Assembly (NCBI GenBank): GCA_024277355.1
Contig: JAJRVL010000011.1
Coordinates: forward strand, 79,365 to 111,364
DNA length: 32,000 nucleotides
From: an archaeon
GTDB lineage: Archaea > Iainarchaeota > Iainarchaeia > Iainarchaeales > 1-14-0-10-31-34
Direction of reading: 5' to 3'
A program made the translations under genes and the position numbers. The notes below the pieces were generated by a model, which searched no databases, was not told the DNA's origin, and saw nothing but the letters and a program-made list of their open reading frames with translations. Of the stretch, positions 9,405-18,892 are shown one piece after another (within the stretch, counting starts at the first letter, position 1; every line of letters begins with the position of its first letter).

Positions 9405-10013
9405 ATGAGCAAAATTATTTCAAATCCTGACAAAAACCAGAATATAATTCTGATTGTTCCTGAAGAAAAATACCAGAATACAATTCAAGCATTACTAAAA
9501 GAACTGGTTTCAGCAAAAAAAACAATTGTTTTTATTTCAGTTAATAAAACAAAAAAAGCATTAGAAAAAGAATTAAAAGAAAATAAAATTTCAACAGAAA
9601 AAATTTATTTTGTTGACTGTGTAAGCAAAAGTATTTCAAAAGGAAAAATTTCATGGAGCGACGAAAAAAACCAATATGTCGATAACCCAACTTCTTTAAC
9701 TCAAATAAGCCTTGCAGTATTTAAATTATTTGACCAGACAAAAATGGATTATTTAGTTTTAGATTCAATTAACACTTTGCTGATATATAATGAAGAAAAA
9801 GAAGTGTTGAAATTTGTACATCACACAACAGGCAAACTAAAAGAAAACAACAAAACCGGTGTGTTTGTTTATTTAAAGGAAGAAATGAATCAAACTTTGC
9901 TGAAAAAGTTTTCTCAGTTTTCCGATAAAATAATTGAAGCAAATCCCCCTGAAAAAAAAGAATTTATTAGAAAAAAAGGTTCAATGAATTCATTTGAAGA
10001 AATAAAGCTTTAA
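9405..10013 (+). CDS. RecA-superfamily-like (degenerate KaiC/DUF7504-type) protein
   Basis: 202 aa: IILIVPEEKYQNTIQALLKELVSAKKTIVFISVNKT...MDYLVLDSINTLLIYNEEKEVLKFVHHTTGKLKENNKTGVFVYLKEEM; Walker-B-like DYLVLDSINTLL. Confidence 0.5.
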   Translation: MSKIISNPDKNQNIILIVPEEKYQNTIQALLKELVSAKKTIVFISVNKTKKALEKELKENKISTEKIYFVDCVSKSISKGKISWSDEKNQYVDNPTSLTQISLAVFKLFDQTKMDYLVLDSINTLLIYNEEKEVLKFVHHTTGKLKENNKTGVFVYLKEEMNQTLLKKFSQFSDKIIEANPPEKKEFIRKKGSMNSFEEIKL

Positions 10014-11348
10014 TCAAAAATTAAAATATTTTTTTAACTCCCATTCAGAAACCTGAGTATTATATTCAAGACATTCAGCTTTTTTTGCTTTTATAAAGCT
10101 TTCAAAGATTTTTTCGCCTAAAACATTTTTAATTAATTCATCTTTTTCTAATTCATTTAATGCTTCAGACAAAGAAGAAGGAAGTTTTTCAATTTTTAAT
10201 TCACTCATTTTTTCTTCAGAAAAACCATAAACATCTTCTTCAACTGCATCAGGTGGAAAAAGATTTTTTTCTATTCCGTTTAATCCTGCTTCAAGCATTA
10301 CAGCAAAAGCCAAATAAGGATTAGAAGAAGGGTCAGGGCAGCGTAATTCAATTCTTGCAGCTTTTTCTTTTTCCTTAAAAATTCTTGGAACACGGATTAA
10401 AGCAGAACGATTAGTTGTAGCCCAGCAGATGTTTACTGGGGCTTCAAAACCAGAAACAAGTCTTTTATAAGAATTAATTGTTGGAGAAAGAACTGCGCTC
10501 ATGGCTTTAATGTGTTTTAACTGCCCTGCAATAAAATTCATTGCTAAATCTGAAAGATTATGCTTAAAAGAAAAATCACAAAAAAGATTTTTTCCATTTA
10601 AGTCAAATAAAGATTGATGAACATGCATTCCTGAACCATTAATTCCAAAAACAGGTTTAGGCATAAAAGAAGCAAACAAATCAAAAGAAGACGCAACAGA
10701 TTTTACAGTCTGCTTAAAAGTTATGGCTCTGTCAGCAGTAATTAAAGCATCTCCATATTCAAAATCAATTTCATGCTGGCCAAAAGCAACTTCATGATGA
10801 GAAGATTCAACTTTAACCCCTAACTCCAATAAAAAAGAAACAATTCTGCTTCTGACATTAGTTGCTAAATCTTTAGAAGAAAAATCAAAATAAGAACCAG
10901 TGTCATGAGGAACAGGCCTAATATCTCCGTTAGGCTTTTCAAACAAAAAAAATTCTAATTCAGGCCCTGTATTAAAAATAAATCCTTTTACTTTTGCTTT
11001 TTCAATTGTTTTTTTTAAAATAAATCTTGGGTCTCCTTCAAAAGGTTTCCCTTCAGGAGAAAAAACATCACAAATAAATCTTGCAGTTTTTTTATCCCAA
11101 GGCAAAACAGCATAAGTTGATGCATCAGGTTTAAGATACATGTCTGACTCATGAATTCTGGCAAAACCTTCAATAGAAGAACCATCAAACCAAGTCCCTG
11201 TTTCTAAAGAATTCTTTAATTGAGCAGCAGGAAAATAAACGCTTTTAATGTTTCCAATTATATCCGTGAACTGAAGAACAATTTCTTCTATTTTATCTTC
11301 TTTAACTTTATTTAAAATATTATCAAAATCAACCATAAAAAAAGACAA
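10014..11348 (-). CDS. glnA: glutamine synthetase type I (likely start at M4, 11336)
   Basis: WFDGSSIEGFARIHESDMYLKPD...GPELEFFLF...GVKVESSHHEVAFGQHEIDF...GINGSGMHVHQSLF...NPYLAFAVMLEAGLNGI: GlnA signatures. Confidence 0.96.
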   Translation of the reverse strand: MSFFMVDFDNILNKVKEDKIEEIVLQFTDIIGNIKSVYFPAAQLKNSLETGTWFDGSSIEGFARIHESDMYLKPDASTYAVLPWDKKTARFICDVFSPEGKPFEGDPRFILKKTIEKAKVKGFIFNTGPELEFFLFEKPNGDIRPVPHDTGSYFDFSSKDLATNVRSRIVSFLLELGVKVESSHHEVAFGQHEIDFEYGDALITADRAITFKQTVKSVASSFDLFASFMPKPVFGINGSGMHVHQSLFDLNGKNLFCDFSFKHNLSDLAMNFIAGQLKHIKAMSAVLSPTINSYKRLVSGFEAPVNICWATTNRSALIRVPRIFKEKEKAARIELRCPDPSSNPYLAFAVMLEAGLNGIEKNLFPPDAVEEDVYGFSEEKMSELKIEKLPSSLSEALNELEKDELIKNVLGEKIFESFIKAKKAECLEYNTQVSEWELKKYFNF

Positions 11349-11443
11349 TTTTGTTTATTTATATAGCTTTGCGGAAAAAAAGTAAACAAAAATTTAGGAA
11401 ATAAGGAAAATAATAAAAACTTGTTTATACTTTAATTGATTTT

Positions 11444-11893
11444 ATGAATAAAAGTAAAAAAACGTTTAGCGAAAATTCAAGTAAAAGAGTTCTTAATGCA
11501 TTAATTGAGAACTCAAGAATGTCATCAAGAGAAATCGCAAAAAAAGTCAATTTAAGCACTGCCACAGTAATAAAAAAAATAAACGAAATGAAGAAAAAAG
11601 GAATTATTAAAGGCTTTACTGCAAAAGTTGATTTTGAGAAATTAGGCTATGATTTTCCTGCTTTAATTGAAATAAGAGTTTCAAAAGGAAAATTGACTGA
11701 AGTCGAAAACAAAATAGCAAAAGACAAAAATGTAAAAGCAGTTTATGACATTACAGGGCAATTTGATGCTGCAATTTTAGCTGATTTTAAAAAAAGAAAA
11801 GAACTAAATGATTTTCTTAAAAAACTGCAAAAAATTGAATTTGTTGAACGAACTGAAGCAAAATTAATTCTGAATAAAGTAAAAGAAGAATAG
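11444..11893 (+). CDS. Lrp/AsnC family transcriptional regulator
   Basis: NALIENSRMSSREIAKKVNLSTATVIKKINEMKKKGIIKGFTAKVDFEKLG plus RAM-like C-terminal ligand domain (VKAVYDITGQFDAAILADF). Confidence 0.9.
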   Translation: MNKSKKTFSENSSKRVLNALIENSRMSSREIAKKVNLSTATVIKKINEMKKKGIIKGFTAKVDFEKLGYDFPALIEIRVSKGKLTEVENKIAKDKNVKAVYDITGQFDAAILADFKKRKELNDFLKKLQKIEFVERTEAKLILNKVKEE

Positions 11894-11940
11894 TTTTATA
11901 CATAACGAAAGGTTTTTATTAAAACAAATTTATTATTTGT

Positions 11941-12774
11941 TTGATGACTAGAAGAAGACACTTTAAAAGAAGCCCTGCAGGCGCTTTTGGAAAAAAACCT
12001 ACTCATGGAACAGAGCTTTCTGTTGACAGGAAAATAGGCGGAGCTATAGGAAAACTAATTAAACAAAGAAAACAAGAACAAAGAAAACAAGATAAAAGAA
12101 TGGCACAATTAAAAAAAATTTCAAAAACAAAACTTACTCTTGCAGAAGAACTTGAGTTAATTAAACTAAATTTAATTAAATACCAAAAATTATTAGGAGA
12201 TACTTCAAAAGGAGTAGTTACATTAAACCTTGCAGGAATAGGAAAAAAAAGGAATCTTTCTGAAAAACAACTAAAACAAATTTCAAAACTGCTTTATGAA
12301 GGAAATATTGAAGAAATAAGAAATTACAAGATAGAAACTTTAACAGAAAAAAAAAGCACTCAACTAAAAACAATAATAAAAAAATATCCTGCAAAATTAA
12401 TCCCTAAACCTAAATCTTTTACTCATTTGCCTTCAGGAAACATGCTTGCAAGAATTTCAGTTGAATTAAAAATAATTAAACCAAGAAAACAAGTACAGCA
12501 AGTAAATAAATATGGCTCCAGAATAGGAAAACCAAAGCAAATAACAGAAGAAATTGAAACTACTAGCACAGAATTATTAGTTGAATATAATTTGAATAGT
12601 CTGCCTTCAAGAAAAAAGAAAGGAAACTTAAGAATTCAGACAATTGATGGAAAAGGAAAAGTTGGATTAATTCCTGACAGTGTTGTTTCAATAGTAAGTC
12701 AAATAAGACAAATGCACGAAGGAAAAACAGGAACTACTCTTTTTCTTCAGGGAACTTTAACTAAAGCAAACTGA
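11941..12774 (+). CDS. hypothetical basic protein
   Basis: 277 aa ORF, strongly basic N-terminus MTRRRHFKRSPAGAFGKKPTHG, no recognised family. Confidence 0.65.
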   Translation: MMTRRRHFKRSPAGAFGKKPTHGTELSVDRKIGGAIGKLIKQRKQEQRKQDKRMAQLKKISKTKLTLAEELELIKLNLIKYQKLLGDTSKGVVTLNLAGIGKKRNLSEKQLKQISKLLYEGNIEEIRNYKIETLTEKKSTQLKTIIKKYPAKLIPKPKSFTHLPSGNMLARISVELKIIKPRKQVQQVNKYGSRIGKPKQITEEIETTSTELLVEYNLNSLPSRKKKGNLRIQTIDGKGKVGLIPDSVVSIVSQIRQMHEGKTGTTLFLQGTLTKAN

Positions 12775-12775
12775 T

Positions 12776-13564
12776 TTATTTTTCATTAATTATTTTTAGT
12801 AAAGCTTCATGCACTAAACTATTTGAAGCAAAGCAGTCAATTGGCAAAGGCTTTAATTCTGTTTCAGAATCAGGATCAGAAACTTTTCCGCCGGCTTCCT
12901 GAACTAATAAAGCACCAGCACATAAATCCCATGGCTTTAAATGATATTCAAGATAGGCATCAACCCTTCCGCAAGCAATATAAGCTAAATCTAATGCAGC
13001 CGAACCGCTTCTTCTGATATCTTTAATTTTATACAACAGTCTTCTTACTGCATTTAAAGTGAATTCCATTTTTTCTCCTCTATTATAAGAAAAACCAGTG
13101 TTAAGCAAAATGCGGATTAATTCAGAATTCTGAGAAACAGAAATTTTGTTTCCGTTCAAAAAAGCACCTTTTCCTTTTTCTGCAGTAAATAATTCATTTA
13201 AAACCGGATCAAAAATTACTCCAAGAATTGTTTGTTCTTTTTTCTTTAAAGCAATTGAAACACAAAAATGAGGATAATTATGTGCAAAGTTTACTGTTCC
13301 ATCTAAAGGATCAACAACCCACAAAAAATCAGCTAATTCATAGCCTCTAGGAGTTTCTTCAGCTAAAATTTCATGCGAAGGAAAAGCTTTCAGAATTGTT
13401 TCTTTAATTATTTTTTCTGCTTCAAAATCCGCTTTAGTTACAATATCCCTTTTGCCTTTGTATTTAACTTTATTTAAGTCAGTGAATTTTCCCCTGTAAG
13501 ACAAAATTACAGTTCCTGCTTTTTTTGCTGCAAGAACTGCTGTTTTCATAAACTCTGACTGCAT
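12776..13564 (-). CDS. inositol monophosphatase / fructose-1,6-bisphosphatase family protein
   Basis: TKADFEAEKIIKETILKAFPSHEILAEE...WVVDPLDGTVNFAHNYPHFCVSIAL...GSAALDLAYIACGRVDAYLEYHLKPWDLCAGALLVQEAGG: IMPase motifs. Confidence 0.92.
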   Translation of the reverse strand: MQSEFMKTAVLAAKKAGTVILSYRGKFTDLNKVKYKGKRDIVTKADFEAEKIIKETILKAFPSHEILAEETPRGYELADFLWVVDPLDGTVNFAHNYPHFCVSIALKKKEQTILGVIFDPVLNELFTAEKGKGAFLNGNKISVSQNSELIRILLNTGFSYNRGEKMEFTLNAVRRLLYKIKDIRRSGSAALDLAYIACGRVDAYLEYHLKPWDLCAGALLVQEAGGKVSDPDSETELKPLPIDCFASNSLVHEALLKIINEK

Positions 13565-13893
13565 AACAAAACAAAAGAACAAAAGGAATTAAAAATAAAT
13601 TCTGCTTGGTCAAGAAATAGCTTTAAGAAACAAACTGTTATGTAGACAGAATATACATAATTATTAGTCTTTTTTGGCCAAAAAAGAGCCCTCAACATAC
13701 TAAAACCCTTTATTTCAGCCAGATAAGCCAATATAGCCAAACCCATCAAAAATGGCTTTAAATATGCCTTAAAAAAACTCTGCTAAAAAAATCTTATTTT
13801 AGAGTATTTCGTTAATTTAAGCCAAATTAAACTGAATTTAATAGATTTACTGGCTTTTCTTATAGATCGGCAAAGCAATTCAACCCCTCACAG

Positions 13894-13917
13894 ATTTCCA
13901 AAAACCTCTTTGGAAAT
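13894..13917. repeat. perfect 9-bp inverted repeat
   Basis: ATTTCCAAA-aacctc-TTTGGAAAT. Confidence 0.7.
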
Positions 13918-14037
13918 TTCCTTGATTTTTCTGGGTTTTTTCTTTATTTTTTCAACTATTTCTAATTAAGGAATTTTTTGTTTATTTTTGTTTTTTCTTA
14001 GAAGTTTTCCAGAAAATTTTTGAAAAGTTTTATTTTT

Positions 14038-14265
14038 TTAAGCCACTTCGCAAACTCCCTTTCTGGATTTTTTGAGCCACATCTGACTCCGCCTATTTTG
14101 TATACATAACTCTTGATCTTGCTGGCTTCTCCAAACAACCAACTTACCCGCCCCCACACTTCCACTAAAGTTCAGTTTTTCACACTTTTCAACAAAGTCC
14201 CCTCTATGAAAACACGGATAATGTAGATTATACGTGGATTCATGAGTAAATAAAGGCTCAAACAA
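14038..14265 (-). other. unexplained 75-codon ORF in a coding-poor island, possibly a gene remnant
   Basis: ORF track; beyond the TAA the same frame stays fairly open (KNKTFQKFSGKLLRKNKNKQKIP*LEIVEKIKKKPRKIKEISKEVFGNL*). Coding status not supported. Confidence 0.2.
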
Positions 14266-14654
14266 ACGCTTTAATCAACCAAACTAAACCGCTCGCCTTA
14301 AAGATAAGCGATTTTAACGGGTTTTAAGCCAGTTTTTGGTTTTGCTGCCTAAAAATTAGAAGTTAACTTTGAATAGTTAATTTTGTTTTTGATCTGTTAG
14401 AGGAACACAGACAATAACTTATCAAAACCAGAGTTATGTATAAGACTAAATTTGTTTTAGGTTTCTATATGTTTTACACACAATTTTGCTTTAATTGCTA
14501 TAATATTATGTTTTTGTGTTTTATTTAAATCAGCAAATCAATTCCACAAAATTATCTGTAAATTGAATTTTTATCTAAAAATTGAAATAAAAGAACTATG
14601 AAAATAAATGCGCTTGCGCGCGCGCCGAAAATTTAGGGTTAGTTTAAGCAACCA

Positions 14655-14852
14655 TTATAACTCAAAAATAGCTTCTATATCCTCATTAAACACTTTAGCT
14701 ATATTATAAGCTAATTTTAAAGAAGGATTATATTTCCCTTGCTCTAAAAAGACAATTGTTTCTCTTCGAACTTTAACGATTTTAGCTAATTGTTCCTGTG
14801 TTAAATTGTATTTTGCTCTGAATTCTTTGATTTTTGTCTTCATTTGATTCAC
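14655..14852 (-). CDS. small XRE/Cro-type HTH transcriptional regulator
   Basis: [62 protein letters not shown] matches the compact YozG-like HTH_3 family. Confidence 0.92.
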   Translation of the reverse strand: MNQMKTKIKEFRAKYNLTQEQLAKIVKVRRETIVFLEQGKYNPSLKLAYNIAKVFNEDIEAIFEL

Positions 14853-15028
14853 TTATTTAAAATCAAATTTAAGTTAGAAATAATTAACCTTATGTTAGAA
14901 TTACATAACAACTAATATTTAAGATTTTGCATTAAGCAGCAAATATCAAAAAAACCAACAAATACTTGAAAAGCAAAAAACCTGTCTAATTCAATATAAT
15001 TTAAAAGAAAAAGAAACTAAACAATATT

Positions 15029-15787
15029 ATGAAAAAATTGTTTATTTTATTGATTTTATTGGTTTTTATTTTTGGATGTATTAATTCTCCAGAGCCAATA
15101 AAAGATTCATTCAAATTAGGCGAAACATTTACTATAAAAGAAAATCAAACTTTAACTGAAGAAAAAGAAAAATTCATTGTCAAAGTAGTTTCTTTTGTTG
15201 ATTCAAGATGCCCTGCAGAAGTTAAATGTATCTGGGAAGGAGAATTAGGAGTTGATTTGTTAATTGTTAGCAGTTTAGGAGAACAAGAAATTTATTTAGG
15301 CGCAACAACAGTCTCTAAAGAAAATTTTTCTTTATATAATTCTTATGAAATTGAATTACTTTCAATTGATTTTGAAACAAAAACTGCTGAATTAAAAATA
15401 ACTGAAATTGATTCAAATACAAAAACATGGTTTTCAATTAAACCAATTCAATGCAAAGGAAACAACTGGAATACCTGGCCTGCTTCTGCAACAATGAAAT
15501 TTGAAAACGAATTATCTTTAATTAAAAACTGGTTCGATATTGAACATAACATAAAAGTTTATGAAATTAAATCAAAACAAATTTATGAAGCAGTATGCAG
15601 TGCTTGTTCTTGTTCCAGAGGAGACAAAATCGCAGTTTTAGTTGATGTAAAAAATAAAGAAAAAACATTAGATCTTGGTTGGGAAGAAATGATTATTGAA
15701 TGCGCTGAAGAAACAAAACAATGCCCTAACGGTTCAATAACAGCAAGAATTAATCCATTTTGTGATTTTGAAAAATGCTCACAATAA
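15029..15787 (+). CDS. putative lipoprotein
   Basis: MKKLFILLILLVFIFGCINSPEP signal/lipobox; VVSFVDSRCPAEVKCIWEGELGVDL motif. Confidence 0.7.
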   Translation: MKKLFILLILLVFIFGCINSPEPIKDSFKLGETFTIKENQTLTEEKEKFIVKVVSFVDSRCPAEVKCIWEGELGVDLLIVSSLGEQEIYLGATTVSKENFSLYNSYEIELLSIDFETKTAELKITEIDSNTKTWFSIKPIQCKGNNWNTWPASATMKFENELSLIKNWFDIEHNIKVYEIKSKQIYEAVCSACSCSRGDKIAVLVDVKNKEKTLDLGWEEMIIECAEETKQCPNGSITARINPFCDFEKCSQ

Positions 15788-15924
15788 ACAAATTATGTAT
15801 AAACTGTTTTTTGTTGAGTTAATTCTGATTTAACTTTAATTTGTTATTTTAATCAATTCTCTTTAAATTTAATTCCTACACAGTTTTTTAGTGAAGTTTA
15901 TACTTAATTTAACAGGAAATTATT

Positions 15925-16923
15925 ATGTTTGCATCTGAAATAAATAAATTATTAAATTTAGTTTCCAGAAGCTTTACGCTTTGTATTCCGCGTCTTCCAA
16001 AACAAGTCAGAAACGAAGTAGGAAACTTTTATCTTTTATGCAGGTATGCAGACTCAATCGAAGACTCAAAAATTTCATTTACTGACAAAAAAAAGTACTT
16101 TAAAAGGTATTTAACCTGCCTTAAACAAGAAGACTTAAACAAAATGAACACGTTATCGGCTGAATTAACTCCTAAAATTCTAAACAAAAATGATCAAAAA
16201 ATGTTTAAGCGGTTTTCTAAAGTATTTAAGCAGTTTGTGGGTTTTGACGAAAAATCAAAAAAAATTGCTTTAAAATGGCTAAAAGAAATGACTAAAGGAA
16301 TGGCTAAATACTCTAAAAAAGAAATTGAAAATTTTTTGGATTTAGATAATTATTGTTATTATGTTGCAGGCACAGTTGGTTTTTATATTACGCAAATCAC
16401 CGACCATAAATTTAATTTACATAAATATGATTTTTTGTTATCTAAATGCGAAGATTTTGGTTTATTACTTCAGAAAGTAAATATTATACGGGATTTTTCA
16501 AAAGACTATGAAAATGGAAAAACCTTCTGGCCTAAATCACTTTTTAAAAAACACAACATGGAAATAAAAGATGCATTTAAAAATAAAAATGACTTAAAAA
16601 GAAAACAAATTTTGTCTGAAATGATTAAAAGCACTGAACCGCATATTAAAAATACGCTTGAATACTTAAAAAATTTGCCTGCTGAATTAAAATTTGTCTG
16701 GGCAATTCCTTTTTATATGGCAATTCCAACACTGTTAAAGTGTTATGGTAACGACGAAATTTTTGATCCGCAAAAAAAAGTAAAAATTGGAAAAATCCAG
16801 ACAACTCAAATAATTTCATCTTTAAACAAAAAAATTTCTTCAGAACAATTTTTTGAAGAATATCTTATTGCTTTAAATGAAAAAAACTCACAAGGACTAA
16901 ATTTAAATCTTCAACTAAAATAA
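15925..16923 (+). CDS. squalene/phytoene synthase family protein
   Basis: SRSFTLCIPRLPKQVRNEVGNFYLLCRYADSIEDSK...YCYYVAGTVGFYITQI...LLQKVNIIRDFSKDYENGKTFWP: both Asp-rich prenyl-diphosphate regions present in variant form (ADSIEDSK; IIRDFSKD). Confidence 0.9.
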   Translation: MFASEINKLLNLVSRSFTLCIPRLPKQVRNEVGNFYLLCRYADSIEDSKISFTDKKKYFKRYLTCLKQEDLNKMNTLSAELTPKILNKNDQKMFKRFSKVFKQFVGFDEKSKKIALKWLKEMTKGMAKYSKKEIENFLDLDNYCYYVAGTVGFYITQITDHKFNLHKYDFLLSKCEDFGLLLQKVNIIRDFSKDYENGKTFWPKSLFKKHNMEIKDAFKNKNDLKRKQILSEMIKSTEPHIKNTLEYLKNLPAELKFVWAIPFYMAIPTLLKCYGNDEIFDPQKKVKIGKIQTTQIISSLNKKISSEQFFEEYLIALNEKNSQGLNLNLQLK

Positions 16924-16995
16924 CTTTTTGTTTGCTTCAGACTAATAAAGCAAAACTATAAATTAAGCTAATTCTTTAATTATTTAAGGGATTTT

Positions 16996-17472
16996 ATGCC
17001 TGCAGGAAAAAAATATAAGCCTTCAAGTAAATTAAAAAGAAAATGGAGAAACAGTTCAGCTGGAAAAATTACTAAAGGATTATTCGGCCCAAGCAGGAAA
17101 ACAATTGAAAGAGTTAAAACAGGATTAACTTTAAGAGAAACAAAAAAACACATTAGTTTAGCCGAGGCTGTTGATTTATTAGAAAAATTAGAAAACAAAA
17201 AAATAAATGCTTCTAAATCAATGGCAATAAAATACTCTTTAGACGCCATCAATGTAAAAAACTTAAAAAAAAGACAACAAATAATAGCTGCAATAAAAAA
17301 AGCTGATAGACAAGTAAGCTTTGCTAACATGCATGGAAAAGGCGTGCCTGTGACTACTTTAAAAGAAATGACTCGTGTTTTTGTTGAAAATTTAGGTCCA
17401 ATTAAAGCGCGTTTGTTTTTTAAAATTATTACCAAAAAACAAAAAAACATCAGAATAAAAATGACGGATTAA
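16996..17472 (+). CDS. hypothetical basic protein, paralogue-like to 17525..18001
   Basis: MPAGKKYKPSSKLKRKWRNSSAGKITKG...SMAIKYSLDAINVKNLKKRQQIIAAIKK. Confidence 0.65.
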   Translation: MPAGKKYKPSSKLKRKWRNSSAGKITKGLFGPSRKTIERVKTGLTLRETKKHISLAEAVDLLEKLENKKINASKSMAIKYSLDAINVKNLKKRQQIIAAIKKADRQVSFANMHGKGVPVTTLKEMTRVFVENLGPIKARLFFKIITKKQKNIRIKMTD

Positions 17473-17524
17473 AGCAAAAGAAATAATATAAGATAGACTC
17501 ATTGAATATTCAAGAGATAATTTT

Positions 17525-18001
17525 ATGCCTGCAAAAAAAAACAACACTAGTTTTTCTTATAAAAAAGTTTTAGCTGGTTTTGTGCTTAAACCAAAAAGAA
17601 AAGTAATTAAAGCAACAAGAAAAGGATTAAAAAAAAGCAAAAAAAACCTTGACCAGACTGCTAAGTTAATGGGAATAAAAATTGCTTTAGATGCCGTTGG
17701 AATTAAAAACCCTGCAACAAGAAAAAAATTAAAAAATATTTTATTAAATCATTTTGGGCAAATCGCATTAATGGTTAAACCAGGAAAAAAAACTTTAAAA
17801 GAAAAAGCAAATGATGCAAACACAATATTTAGATTAAAAGCCCGTGTAACAAATCGGTTAATAGAAGAACTTGGAAGAGAACAAGGCAAAAAAATAAGTG
17901 TGCTTTTGGCTTTAACAGAAAGTAAAAGAGATGTAATCTATCAAGAATTAATAAAAAAAGACCCGTTAATTACAAGAGCAATTAAGAAAATAAAAAAATA
18001 A
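17525..18001 (+). CDS. hypothetical basic protein, paralogue-like to 16996..17472
   Basis: MPAKKNNTSFSYKKVLAGFVLKPKRKVIKATRKGLKKSKKNLDQTAKLMGIKIALDAVGIKNPATRKKLKNILLNHFG. Confidence 0.65.
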   Translation: MPAKKNNTSFSYKKVLAGFVLKPKRKVIKATRKGLKKSKKNLDQTAKLMGIKIALDAVGIKNPATRKKLKNILLNHFGQIALMVKPGKKTLKEKANDANTIFRLKARVTNRLIEELGREQGKKISVLLALTESKRDVIYQELIKKDPLITRAIKKIKK

Positions 18002-18081
18002 ATTTATTCTAATTTTTTATAATAACATTCTTTTGTCTATTTAAGTTTTTGGAGTGTTTTGATGTCTAAAAAAACCAATAA

Positions 18082-18090
18082 TTATGTATA
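18082..18090 (+). promoter_or_regulatory. TTATGTATA-family motif upstream of the membrane protein gene at 18113
   Basis: TTATGTATA, ~22 nt before the ATG. Confidence 0.5.
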
Positions 18091-18112
18091 AGCTAAGTTT
18101 TTTTAAGTTTAA

Positions 18113-18472
18113 ATGAGTTTTTTGTTTGTGTTTTCAGTTAATTTTATTTTAAGTGTATTGCTTGATATTGTAGTTTTATTTTATGCTGCAAGATTTTTTC
18201 GTGTTCCAAGAAACTCTGCTCAAAAAGCATTAATTATAACTGTCATTGCTTCTTTGTTTGGTTTTTTTATTGGAGATGTTTTAATTAAACTTATTTTGTC
18301 TCCGTTTCTTTCATTATTGCTGTTGTTTGCTCCGTTGGTTTTAATTACGGTGATTTTTATTAGATTATTTATCATTAAATTTGTTTATAGAATTAGTTTT
18401 AGTAAATCTTTTATTATTTGGATTTTGTCTGCTGTGGTTTCAGTTTTAGTTTCAAGGTTTTTGCCTTTTTAA
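18113..18472 (+). CDS. small integral membrane protein, about 4 TM segments
   Basis: 119 aa, strongly hydrophobic; ATG lies 22 nt after a TTATGTATAA motif. Confidence 0.65.
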   Translation: MSFLFVFSVNFILSVLLDIVVLFYAARFFRVPRNSAQKALIITVIASLFGFFIGDVLIKLILSPFLSLLLLFAPLVLITVIFIRLFIIKFVYRISFSKSFIIWILSAVVSVLVSRFLPF

Positions 18473-18510
18473 CTGGAAAAGAATTTAAATTCCAAACACA
18501 TTAATTTTTT

Positions 18511-18891
18511 ATGCCGCCAAGAAAACCGTATTTCAGAAAGCACAGAAAAAGAAACACCAAGCACGCTAATTCCGATAAAAAAATTATTTTGAATCAGGTT
18601 AAACCTGGAGAAAAATTTAATTCAAAAAAACATGAAGAGAGAAGAAACAGACAATTTGGAGTTATGGTTAAACCTTCAGGCAATGAAAAAAAAAGAAGAT
18701 TTTTTGTTTCAAAAAATGAATTAGATTTATTAATTAAGCATAATCAGAATTTACCTGAATTAGCAGGCTCAAATAAAGGAAAATACCCTTATGGTTTTGT
18801 TGACAGAAGAAAAAAAACACACAAATACCAAAAAACTAAAACATTTAAAAGCGGTGGACAAAGAAAAAATAAACCCGCAAAGAAGAAATAA
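18511..18891 (+). CDS. highly basic orphan protein
   Basis: 126 aa MPPRKPYFRKHRKRNTKHANSDKK...QKTKTFKSGGQRKNKPAKKK. Confidence 0.6.
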   Translation: MPPRKPYFRKHRKRNTKHANSDKKIILNQVKPGEKFNSKKHEERRNRQFGVMVKPSGNEKKRRFFVSKNELDLLIKHNQNLPELAGSNKGKYPYGFVDRRKKTHKYQKTKTFKSGGQRKNKPAKKK

Positions 18892-18892
18892 A

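Noticed and set aside
13583-14654. CRISPR array
   Set aside because: No regularly spaced long direct repeats; only short motifs and isolated inverted repeats.
16980-17450. 156-aa minus-strand ORF
   Set aside because: Antisense of the 16996..17472 ORF, which has a plausible start, basic character and a neighbouring paralogue.
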